The translations under genes were made by a program, and so were the position numbers. From a virus (Duplodnaviria > Caudoviricetes): DNA of 48,347 nucleotides. Of the stretch, positions 8,345-16,616 are shown piece by piece (position 1 is the first letter of the stretch; each line of letters opens with the position of its first letter). Location of the stretch: positions 1 through 48,347 of IMG/VR virus record IMGVR_UViG_3300027533_000036. One strand, 5' to 3'. The notes under the pieces were generated by a model. It had not been told where the DNA came from, did no database searches, and worked only from the letters and a program-made list of their open reading frames with translations.

Positions 8345-9198
8345 TTGAACCGCCTCAACTTTTCCATGACCGGCCTCTCGCTCTCAATCATGCCGATAGC
8401 GCCATCGCCGCGGGCAATCTCGAAATCACGTATCTCTTGCACCAGCTTTTTAAACGCCGCCGGCTCCAACGACGCCGCCTGATCGCTGCCCCACATGGCC
8501 CGGTCCAGGGTTAGATGGCATTCAATGATTTTCGCCCCCATCACTGCCGCGCACAGCGCCGGCCACGGGCTGACGGCGTGATGGCTCCAACCGACGACAC
8601 ATTCAGGATAGCGATATTTCATTTCTCGAATACGCTCAAGTCGTAAATCCTTCAGCGCACTCGGATATGTCGCCGTACAAACCAAGATCGCAAGATTGAC
8701 ATGAGCAAGCGCACACTCACATGCTTTTTCAATCTCAATATTGCTGCTCATCCCGGTAGAAACAATCGTAGGCTTTCCAGTCTCATCAATCGCCTTCAAC
8801 AATTCCATATCCGTCACGCACGCGCTCGCCACCTTGTAAAATGGCACGTCGAAAAACTCTAAAAACTTTACCGACTCACAATCCCACGGTGAGGCAAACC
8901 AAGTTATTTTCTTTTGGTAACAGTACTCATTGATTTCAGGATAATCGTCGAAACCAAATTCCAATCCGCGTTTAAGATCGCCATTCGTTTCACCGAAAGG
9001 GCTTTCGCGCGGGCGAGCGAGTTCTTCGGCAGTATAAACGACATCGACGGTGCGTTTTTGGAACTTGACGGCGTTTGCCCCGGCGTCAACCGCTGCATCG
9101 ATGAGTTTTTTCGCGGTTTCGAGAGAACCTCCGTGATTTATCCCAAGCTCGGCGACGATGTAGCACGGTTTATCTTCTCCCCAGGGCACATCAGCCAT
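8341..9198 (-). CDS. neuB: N-acetylneuraminate/nonulosonate synthase family (NeuB/SpsE/PseI), short form without SAF domain
   Basis: IVAELGINHGG, AGANAVKFQKR, FASPWD, YKVAS, STGMS, ATYPS, GWSHH, IECHLTLDRAMWGSDQAASLEP; ATG at 9198 overlaps terL stop (TAATG). Confidence 0.93.
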   Translation of the reverse strand: MADVPWGEDKPCYIVAELGINHGGSLETAKKLIDAAVDAGANAVKFQKRTVDVVYTAEELARPRESPFGETNGDLKRGLEFGFDDYPEINEYCYQKKITWFASPWDCESVKFLEFFDVPFYKVASACVTDMELLKAIDETGKPTIVSTGMSSNIEIEKACECALAHVNLAILVCTATYPSALKDLRLERIREMKYRYPECVVGWSHHAVSPWPALCAAVMGAKIIECHLTLDRAMWGSDQAASLEPAAFKKLVQEIRDFEIARGDGAIGMIESERPVMEKLRRFK

Positions 9199-10688
9199 TA
9201 CGCCACTCTCCAATTAGTCGATTGCTTCCTGCCGCCGTAGCTGCTCTTGGTTTTCATCCGGCGCATGGTTTCAATGCCGAAATACTCGCTCATGGCGAGC
9301 GTATCGCCGCGGTTAGGCGACTCCACGCCCCTTTTAATCATGTCGCGCTTGGATTCGATCTTAATCACACCTTTTTGCTCATAGGTTTTTTGGTCCAGGC
9401 GCACATTCACAAGTTCGTCGACTAAAAGCGGATCATCCGGAATGCTGATGGTGCCGTGCTCAAACTCCTCTTTGAGATTCCACCAAAGTTCGTCGCGCAT
9501 CCGGTAAAACCGCTGATCTTCGGTCGGCATCTCAGTTACGTTCACGTCAATAATCACATAATCCCGGCAACGCGCACGAAGATTGCCGGCAATGCCCCAA
9601 CCGACACCGATCGGGTCGATTAGGACCATTGACGGCTGGTAAGTGAATATCTGACTCATTAGCCAGTTGGTGAGCGTTTCCGAGTTTGTCGTCGTGTACG
9701 GCTTGATTTCGAGGATGTTAGGACCGCGGCGGCGAGTAAGCACGGATTCATCGCCGCCGGCACCCACGTCAATGATGATAAATTCTTCGTCTGTATCAAG
9801 TGGTTCAATTTCTCGATGGATAGCATCGTGGATCCATTCTGGATCGAGAAGAGTAAGTTCGTCCATTTTCGGAGGGAGTCCAAGGACGCGAATACGATAG
9901 GTGTTGGAATCTCGTCCGTACTTTTTCCGCATGTACTCGATATGGTCTTTGCTGACGATCTCGCTTTCTTCCGCGTTCCAGCGGAGCGCACACCACGAGT
10001 CCCGGTTTTTGAATTGCGAGTCGATCGCATAGCCTTTGCTCCTCGTGGGATTGAAAATCAGGTTGACTAGATTCAGTTTGCCGGTCAGCGTGCCCTCGAG
10101 CGGCTTGAATACCGGGTCGGCAACGCCAGATGCTTCCGTAACCGGGATGAGCATATAATCTTCATGCAAGCCGGCCAGCGTTTCGGCCTGCTCATCGAGG
10201 GAGTCTTTTGGGTTGGCCGTGCGAGCCATCATAAACCACCGCTTGCCCTCGGCCTCTTTGAAATAAATCTTATCGGTTTGAATCTCGAACCACTCACGGA
10301 TGGGCGAGAACTGCACCCACTTTTGCATTTCCGACCAAACGATGTCGCGCAACTGATGGGCTGACGGCGCCGTGGTGGGAATTTTGCAGTAAGAGAAGCA
10401 GCAAAGGAATTTCCAGCAAATCCAGGCGTTGAGCGCGTCTTTCCCTGTGCCCTGGCCGCTCATAATCGAGAGGCCGATCTTTTTGGAATAGTATTCCTCT
10501 GTGGGATTGAGCGGGTCTTTATACCACGCCTTAGTTTTAGCGATAACGAGCCGGTCGAACTCGTGCATCGCCTCCATTTGCTGCTCTGATGGCGTAGGAG
10601 GTGTATTTTCCTTGGCCCTCATGCAGTCGTTGACGAATTTCGGTGTCGAGGTTCGCCACGAGTCAACGAGGTCGGTTTCTTTGCTCAT
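9198..10688 (-). CDS. terL: Terminase large subunit
   Basis: Walker A SGQGTGKD, TAPSAHQL, LAGLH, Walker B-like VTEASG, FNPT coupling motif, YRIRVLG, nuclease DVGAGGD / IDPIGVG / SPNRGD. Confidence 0.93.
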   Translation of the reverse strand: MSKETDLVDSWRTSTPKFVNDCMRAKENTPPTPSEQQMEAMHEFDRLVIAKTKAWYKDPLNPTEEYYSKKIGLSIMSGQGTGKDALNAWICWKFLCCFSYCKIPTTAPSAHQLRDIVWSEMQKWVQFSPIREWFEIQTDKIYFKEAEGKRWFMMARTANPKDSLDEQAETLAGLHEDYMLIPVTEASGVADPVFKPLEGTLTGKLNLVNLIFNPTRSKGYAIDSQFKNRDSWCALRWNAEESEIVSKDHIEYMRKKYGRDSNTYRIRVLGLPPKMDELTLLDPEWIHDAIHREIEPLDTDEEFIIIDVGAGGDESVLTRRRGPNILEIKPYTTTNSETLTNWLMSQIFTYQPSMVLIDPIGVGWGIAGNLRARCRDYVIIDVNVTEMPTEDQRFYRMRDELWWNLKEEFEHGTISIPDDPLLVDELVNVRLDQKTYEQKGVIKIESKRDMIKRGVESPNRGDTLAMSEYFGIETMRRMKTKSSYGGRKQSTNWRVA

Positions 10689-10867
10689 TTAGGCGGGTCT
10701 GTGTCCCGAAAACATTCACTTATATCACGAGGCGGGCCCCATTTCGCCAATCGAACCTTTACGGCTTCGCAAGCCTCACGATTTATAAACGGCCCATAAA
10801 GTTGTGGGTCGAACTTGCCATAGAAAAAAAACCAAGCCAAAAAACAAATGAGAAAAGTTCGTTTCAA
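10685..10867 (-). CDS. Small protein with hydrophobic N-terminus
   Basis: 60 aa, GPF...C...C; overlaps terL start. Confidence 0.5.
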   Translation of the reverse strand: MKRTFLICFLAWFFFYGKFDPQLYGPFINREACEAVKVRLAKWGPPRDISECFRDTDPPK

Positions 10868-11088
10868 ATTTCCTCTAGGTAAACCAAACGACCGAGATCG
10901 GCTTTCTCATAGTGGTAGCGAGGCAATCTAAAAAGTCTATTATCGCTCTTGCGCTCGACACGGTAGCATTGTTGACCAAATTGCAGGGTGTGACCCTCTG
11001 TATTGAGGAGAATATAATCCTTATCGAACTCATCAGCAGGAATTTCCAGCACCCGATGGGCGGGCACGTCGATCCAGCGGGCCATCAC
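10864..11088 (-). CDS. Hypothetical protein
   Basis: 74 aa, coupled to neighbours by 4-bp overlaps. Confidence 0.5.
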   Translation of the reverse strand: MMARWIDVPAHRVLEIPADEFDKDYILLNTEGHTLQFGQQCYRVERKSDNRLFRLPRYHYEKADLGRLVYLEEI

Positions 11089-11513
11089 CGGCCCCCGAAA
11101 TAATTAGTCAGGGGCTTTTTGCGCGGCTTCTTGTCGGGACCGCGGCGGCGCGCGGTGTTGAGCGCGATCGCTACGGCCTGCTTTTGCGGTTTGCCAGCCG
11201 CCATTTCCGTTTTTATGTTCGATGATATGGTTTCTTGTGAATAACCGCGTTTGAGTGGCATTTGTATTTTTCCTCCGGTTTCAATAAATCGAGCCGCAAC
11301 TCGCATTCCTTGCTTAACAATATCCTCGGCTCGTCCCTTTGAAATCCCATTTTCTAGGCCAATCCGCCTAAAAGTATCGCCGTTTTTGCGCCGAGTAATA
11401 AAATCAATCCAGCGATCGATTTGACGAATTTGATTTAAATAAAAGTTATGATTTACTTGGATTACTCTTATTAGTTTCTCGTGTTCGACATCAAGTGACG
11501 ATCGCCGAATCAT
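11085..11513 (-). CDS. HTH-like segment in frame with a small conserved phage protein (MPLKRG...KPQKQAVAIA)
   Basis: GDTFRRIG...GISKGRA HTH-like motif; internal ATG at 11261 has its own GGAGGA RBS. Confidence 0.6.
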   Translation of the reverse strand: MIRRSSLDVEHEKLIRVIQVNHNFYLNQIRQIDRWIDFITRRKNGDTFRRIGLENGISKGRAEDIVKQGMRVAARFIETGGKIQMPLKRGYSQETISSNIKTEMAAGKPQKQAVAIALNTARRRGPDKKPRKKPLTNYFGGR

Positions 11514-11514
11514 G

Positions 11515-11712
11515 TCACTCCATTTCTAGGGGCACGTCTTTCCACTCGCCACCAGGAGAATTGTCGAAAGGTTTCCACCACTGCTGAAGGATTTTTATCC
11601 TTCTCTCGCCCATCATCTGAAATTCCACATCAAGAGCAGCTATGCGCCGCTCGATAAATCTCAGCTTCGCGGTCGGGAGCAATCCTTGTGAGTATTCCAT
11701 TTCAGCCGGCAC
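11515..11712 (-). CDS. Hypothetical protein (LRF...ILQQWW...EWKDVP phage family)
   Basis: 65 aa; recurrent small phage protein motif. Confidence 0.55.
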   Translation of the reverse strand: MPAEMEYSQGLLPTAKLRFIERRIAALDVEFQMMGERRIKILQQWWKPFDNSPGGEWKDVPLEME

Positions 11713-11761
11713 CGCCGCCTTGCCGTCCTTTCAACGCCGCTTGGGCTTAACCATTGTGATG

Positions 11762-11828
11762 GCTTTATCCCGTCCCTCGCAATAAGTCAAAGATAATCGT
11801 TGACAACTCAATTCGCCTGCGGTAGAAA
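11762..11828. promoter_or_regulatory. Back-to-back sigma70-like promoters at a strand switch
   Basis: + strand TTGACA(11800)-17 bp-TAGAAA; - strand TTGACT-17 bp-TAAAGC; -10 boxes are imperfect. Confidence 0.45.
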
Positions 11829-11922
11829 CTTCTAGCGGTCGGCCAACCGCATGTTCGACGAGACATCCACGCCGGGGTGCCTATCACACCCCGGCAGTCT
11901 CAACCTTGATAGGAGGTTAGTT

Positions 11923-12141
11923 TTGAGTTCACCAGTCGATACATTGCTAGACGAAGTTGAGTGGGAAGCCGTTTCGCTTCCTCCAGCACCTTACGGCCCA
12001 TTGCCTTACGTTACCCACAAAGGCGAGTTGCACCTTGGCGACCTCAGCCTTCGCTGTTTCATACTCAGCGACGGGCAACGAATTTTTGACGCTGACGATA
12101 TTGAGCATTTATTTGGCCTTCGTAGGAAGGTAAAACCATGA
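11923..12141 (+). CDS. Small protein resembling the N-terminal domain of P63C/antirepressor-like proteins
   Basis: THKGELHLGDLSLRCFILSDGQRIF motif; TTG at 11923 after AGGAGG. Confidence 0.5.
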   Translation: MSSPVDTLLDEVEWEAVSLPPAPYGPLPYVTHKGELHLGDLSLRCFILSDGQRIFDADDIEHLFGLRRKVKP

Positions 12142-12465
12142 TCGGCCTATGCGACGCACACGTAACTCTAGGGGACATCATATCGTGTCAACGTAGCATC
12201 CTGTCTCATTGGGATGAAAACGCATAGGACTGGAATGAGCGATACGACCGAAACGACCGACGGCTGACACCATTGGGGGCGCGTCCCGTCTGACTCTGCC
12301 AAGGCGATGGCATAAAAAGCAGAGAAAGAATCAGACGGGGCTGTTGTGGCGGATGAGGATAAGTCGCCAGAGGGAGTGAGGGAGTGGAGTAGAGGGAGCA
12401 AGGTGGATAGCTTGTGACCCGACGAGTCCCCTTATCTTTAATCTGAGAGAGGACAATCATGAAAA

Positions 12466-12783
12466 TTGAACCCCGCAATTAAAGCTGTTGCTGATAGAAT
12501 CTATGCGTGCGATACGAAGAAGTTCAAGCGGTTGGTGGTTTGGATCAAACAGGCGCAGAAGTACAATTATAGTGATCCGGTGATTATCGGCGCATTGCTG
12601 CGATTTGAGAAGCATGCGAAATCAGTCGATAAGGGCTGGTATCCCTACTTGGATAAAATAATCGATAAGGTAAACAAGGACTTTAACATGGGTAGCAGTG
12701 TCAGAGAGCACGAGCGGCAAAATTGGGATGAGCGGGAGTTGGCGAGTGTGTTGAAGATTAGAGAGGTGGTGAAAGGTGCATGA
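12466..12783 (+). CDS. Hypothetical helical protein, possibly replication-associated (DnaD-like)
   Basis: 105 aa; WYPYLDKII motif; follows a 320 bp non-coding region. Confidence 0.4.
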   Translation: MNPAIKAVADRIYACDTKKFKRLVVWIKQAQKYNYSDPVIIGALLRFEKHAKSVDKGWYPYLDKIIDKVNKDFNMGSSVREHERQNWDERELASVLKIREVVKGA

Positions 12784-12997
12784 CTCTGAAGTTGGCGAGC
12801 GCTGGCGTGAATCAAAGGACGATGAGAACCGGCCCTATGGCACGACTGGTCAAGCTATCGTGCAAGCCTTGATTCGTAAATTAGTTGATGAGCGTCAACG
12901 TGAGCGTTGGCTCACGAAACAAACCATAACGATGACACAAGCGCGAGAAATGGCTTTAACCGATTTCTGTATACAATTGGATGATTGGAATGCCTAG
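12776..12997 (+). CDS. Hypothetical protein
   Basis: 73 aa, overlapping operon arrangement. Confidence 0.5.
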   Translation: MHDSEVGERWRESKDDENRPYGTTGQAIVQALIRKLVDERQRERWLTKQTITMTQAREMALTDFCIQLDDWNA

Positions 12998-13295
12998 ACC
13001 TAAACCCTCAACTCCGCCCCTCGGCAAGTGCATCGGCGGCTACTCAATCGGCTGCCGCACCGATGAGCACCCGTACGGCAAGCTGATGAATATCTATTGC
13101 ATGGTGTGCAAGGCGCGGATGGGCTGCTCGATCTGCGTACAGCCGGCAGCGGAACTGGCCTGCAAGCAATGCCACCAATGGGCAACAGCTGTGGCGCTGC
13201 GGCAGCACGGGCCGATGGTGGAGGCGGATAAGGTGCTGGACAGGGTGAGAGAGATTGTATCGGGTGCTGCGCTGCTAGAAGATGTGCCGTTTTGA
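12981..13295 (+). CDS. Zinc-finger protein ending in DVPF
   Basis: CMVC, CSIC, CKQC pairs; SSB-like acidic C-terminal tail EDVPF. Confidence 0.55.
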   Translation: MIGMPRPKPSTPPLGKCIGGYSIGCRTDEHPYGKLMNIYCMVCKARMGCSICVQPAAELACKQCHQWATAVALRQHGPMVEADKVLDRVREIVSGAALLEDVPF

Positions 13296-13439
13296 AGATC
13301 CAAACCTCATATTGGCGAAAGCCCATCCCTACCGATAAATACGATTGGGAAGCCGTAGACGACAATTACGAGCCGGGGGAGCCCATTGGCCGCGGCGCCA
13401 CGGAGCAGGAAGCGATTGATGATCTTTTGGAGCAAATAA

Positions 13440-13649
13440 ATGGCGAGTGACAATCGTTTCACCATAGGCAAACAGCCATGTGCCAACTTTACGCCTAGAC
13501 AGGAATGGTTCGGCTCGAATCGCCACGAGTGTATCTATTGCCGCTTGGACGAAGTAACCGTTTCATTTTGTGAGAACTGCGTGCGAGATCATCACCAAGA
13601 CGGATATGAGACATGCAAATTCGAGCAGATAGCGGATAGGGGAGACTGA
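13440..13649 (+). CDS. Cys-rich small protein
   Basis: CIYC, CENC..DHH motifs. Confidence 0.5.
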   Translation: MASDNRFTIGKQPCANFTPRQEWFGSNRHECIYCRLDEVTVSFCENCVRDHHQDGYETCKFEQIADRGD

Positions 13650-13800
13650 TGAGGCTCTACAGAAAGATTTTATTATTTCTCGGCATCGTGTGGCGCCAGT
13701 GGGATCAAGGACCGCCGCGGGAGTATTGCGACCCGTACCGGCTATCGGTTCGAGACGCTTGGGATATAGCCGGTATAGTTTGGGCGAAGGAAAGGGGCCA

Positions 13801-14367
13801 ATGATGGATTACCAAGCGGAAGCGCAGCGGTTGCTGCCGTGTGAGTCGGACTGTTGCGAAACACATCGAGTAGAATGCCCGGTGGCTTTCCGTCCCGCCG
13901 TCGCCGCTGCGCTCCAAGCGAAGGATGAAAAGATCGCGGGGTTACTAGAATCGCTCGATGCGCACGATGGGTTTATTACCCAACTCCGCGCCGAAGTCGC
14001 CAAGATCAAGTCTGAGTATGAGAGACTGGACGAACTGTATCGTAGTCGCGGGTGGGCAAATGAAAAACTAATTGCTGAGCGGGACGGCGCTATAAAATCC
14101 CATTGTGGCACATGCGACGGAAGCGGTGTTGTCGATTCAGGTGGTATAACACCGTGGGATGCGCCGATCGATATGGCATGTCCTGAATGCAAAGCAAAAC
14201 GCGCCGCCGCCGTGGTGCAAGGGTTGGAGATCGCAGCAAAGAAAGTTCAATATCATCGTCATCGTTTAGGAGGCGTGTCTGCTGACGCATTCGCTATTTG
14301 TGCTGATATGCGGGACGCCATTGCCGCCGAGATCGCCAAGCGCAAGGAGGAATTAAATGACAAATGA
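13801..14367 (+). CDS. Coiled-coil protein with DnaJ-like Zn finger
   Basis: CGTCDGSG...CPEC; probable start 13801 after GGAAAGGGG. Confidence 0.55.
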   Translation: MMDYQAEAQRLLPCESDCCETHRVECPVAFRPAVAAALQAKDEKIAGLLESLDAHDGFITQLRAEVAKIKSEYERLDELYRSRGWANEKLIAERDGAIKSHCGTCDGSGVVDSGGITPWDAPIDMACPECKAKRAAAVVQGLEIAAKKVQYHRHRLGGVSADAFAICADMRDAIAAEIAKRKEELNDK

Positions 14368-14623
14368 CAGAGAAGATCGACTTCATGGCAAACTCGAATG
14401 TACATTAGGCGGAGTGAGGGAATACAGTGAGGGGTATCCAGTTGAATTACGCCGAAATGTGAAGACAGGACGATTGTTTATTGTGGCCTACAACGAGGGA
14501 CATAACAATATTGTCCAGATTGATTTGTTAGACCTTCTTGAATGGTGCGCGGCCAATCCGCATCCTGCTGTTTCCGTTATATCTAATAACACCGCTGTAG
14601 GCACAGTTTACCCAATAAGGTAG
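14357..14623 (+). CDS. Hypothetical protein (AYNEGHNN motif)
   Basis: 88 aa, AAGGAGG RBS. Confidence 0.55.
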   Translation: MTNDREDRLHGKLECTLGGVREYSEGYPVELRRNVKTGRLFIVAYNEGHNNIVQIDLLDLLEWCAANPHPAVSVISNNTAVGTVYPIR

Positions 14624-14635
14624 GCACAAACTGAA

Positions 14636-14944
14636 ATGAGCCAAGCGCAAGGAGCCCGCATGACACGAGAAGAAATCGAGAAGGCGGCGATAGAGAATCG
14701 GTACTATTATTTGAATATCGCAGAAACCAAAAAGATTGCCGAGCCGAAAGCCGTTGCCTTTGCCATTGAGATAGCCAATGCGGCGCTGGAAGAGGCGGCT
14801 ACCGTGGTTGAAACTAAAGCGGTATCGAAGCCGGGATACAAAGATGAGTTTCACATTGTTGATCGGCGCAAAGGGCAACCATCAATAAGTTGCATGCTAA
14901 TATCAAAGGCCCTCCGCGCCCTGAAGATCAAGGAGCCTGCATGA
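14636..14944 (+). CDS. Hypothetical protein (NAALEEAA phage motif)
   Basis: Typical phage early-gene motif. Confidence 0.55.
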   Translation: MSQAQGARMTREEIEKAAIENRYYYLNIAETKKIAEPKAVAFAIEIANAALEEAATVVETKAVSKPGYKDEFHIVDRRKGQPSISCMLISKALRALKIKEPA

Positions 14945-14975
14945 TCTGCCTTGCCGCTATGGCCTGGGCGGATAA

Positions 14976-16100
14976 ATGACTTGGCTAATCGTCCAGAATG
15001 ACGCCCGGCAACTGCCGCTAAGGGATCAATCCGTGCAATGCGTGGTGACATCGCCGCCGTACTGGGGGCTCAGGGATTATGGCGTCACCGGCCAGATAGG
15101 ATTGGAGCAAACGCCCGAAGAGTACGTCGCCCGCATGGTCGAAGTATTCCGCGAGGTGCGCCGGGTGCTGCGCGATGACGGGACTTGTTGGGTGAATTTG
15201 GGGGATAGCTATGCGAGCGCAGTCAAGGGAAGCGGCGGGCCATCGGACAAACAACTCTCAAACGCTGGCTCATTTCATAACGTGAGCCAGCGTTTGAGTC
15301 ATGGCCTAAAAGACAAGGATCTTGTCGGCATCCCCTGGCGCATAGCCTTCGCCCTCCAAGCCGATGGCTGGTATCTGCGCAGCGACATCATTTGGAGCAA
15401 GCCTAACCCCATGCCGGAGAGCGTGACCGACCGGCCCACCAAGGCGCATGAGTATGTGTTCCTGCTGGCCAAGCGAGAGCGGTACTTCTTCGATCAGGAT
15501 GCGGTGAAAGAGCAATCGTCAGGATTAATTGGCGGGCGGTTTGGCAGTTATCCCGATTCAACCATGCGAAGGGATGCGGAGCGGGATCGCCCAGAAGATA
15601 ATGGCACCCGCAACATCCGCACCGTCTGGGAGATCGCCACGCAGCCCTATCCCGAAAGCCACTTCGCCACGTTCCCCGAAGAACTGGCCATCAGGTGCAT
15701 TAAGGCAGGTAGCTCGGAAAAAGGCTGCTGTGCCGAATGCGGGGCGCCGCGGGAGCGGGTAACGAAGCGCGGTGAATTAGTACCCGATGCCCCTGGTTAT
15801 ACCGCGCGCGGCACTATACGGGGCAACGATGGTTTTGTGAAAAATGCAATGACCCCGGCAGGTGCAACGCAAGGCCATCCAAATTTTCATTATGAATCCA
15901 AAACCCTCGGCTGGCAACCCACCTGCAAGCATGACGCCCCAACCAAACCCTGCATCGTCCTCGACCCCTTCGGCGGCGCCGGCACAGTCGCCCTGGTAGC
16001 CGACAAGCTCAACCGCACCGGCATCGCCCTCGAACTCAAGCGCGAATACTGCCAAATGGCCCGTAAACGCTGCTACGACGACTCCCCGCTGTTTGCCTAA
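14976..16100 (+). CDS. Orphan DNA N4-cytosine/N6-adenine methyltransferase, beta class
   Basis: VTSPPYW (motif IV) precedes DPFGGAGT (motif I); IIWSKPNPMPES, HFATFP; Cys-rich insert; no cognate endonuclease. Confidence 0.93.
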   Translation: MTWLIVQNDARQLPLRDQSVQCVVTSPPYWGLRDYGVTGQIGLEQTPEEYVARMVEVFREVRRVLRDDGTCWVNLGDSYASAVKGSGGPSDKQLSNAGSFHNVSQRLSHGLKDKDLVGIPWRIAFALQADGWYLRSDIIWSKPNPMPESVTDRPTKAHEYVFLLAKRERYFFDQDAVKEQSSGLIGGRFGSYPDSTMRRDAERDRPEDNGTRNIRTVWEIATQPYPESHFATFPEELAIRCIKAGSSEKGCCAECGAPRERVTKRGELVPDAPGYTARGTIRGNDGFVKNAMTPAGATQGHPNFHYESKTLGWQPTCKHDAPTKPCIVLDPFGGAGTVALVADKLNRTGIALELKREYCQMARKRCYDDSPLFA

Positions 16101-16540
16101 CCAGGGGGGGGTGTGGCAAAATGCCACAGGGTAACTTTTAGGTTCCACCCCAACAAATCCGCAGACTTCCAATCTAAGTCTTGACAGCCCAATAAAAAGT
16201 ATGCCTTAAAGATAAATCCTGCTGCTTCAGCCACCACAGCGAGGAAAGCCAAAGGCGACTCGCAATCACCCTGTGTCCTGCTGCTGACTGTCTCTCCTGA
16301 GTGTCGAGCGTAAGCGATTTCCTACTGCCCTTTTAGAAATTCCCAGGATTGCGGAACTGCTTTTATAGAACTGCGCTTTTAGCACGGATGTGGATTTTTG
16401 TGCTGCAGTTGAATCAAAGGGGGGCTGCGCAGTGCTGCGGTGCTTCGTTCCCCCCTACCCCCTTAAATGTAGGCATGAGCATGGCCTGGGCATAGGGAGA
16501 GCAGAGGCATAGACAGAGCATAGGTGTACATATATGTACA

Positions 16541-16568
16541 AGTTTACATAATGTCTGTTATATGACCT
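16541..16568 (-). other. dif-like XerC/XerD recombination site
   Basis: Minus strand AGGTCATATAA-CAGACA-TTATGTAAACT: 11-6-11 layout matching dif (E. coli GGTGCGCATAA-TGTATA-TTATGTTAAAT); non-coding, between convergent genes. Confidence 0.75.
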
Positions 16569-16616
16569 TGAGTGCAATAACAGCTAGTTAGCAGGGCAAG
16601 TGATAGGAGTGCGGTG

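Noticed and set aside
12228-12270. Hammerhead ribozyme (CTGGAATGAG...GAAAC)
   Set aside because: Lacks the CUGAUGA core and the required flanking helices
12459-12482. Programmed frameshift from ATG 12459 into ORF 12466
   Set aside because: An in-frame TTG start exists; an extra A in the A4 run could be an error; not enough evidence
16101-16520. tRNA or other known RNA gene in the MTase-TerS gap
   Set aside because: Only short hairpins (GTGGCA-AAA-TGCCAC) and G/C runs; no cloverleaf or T-loop consensus seen
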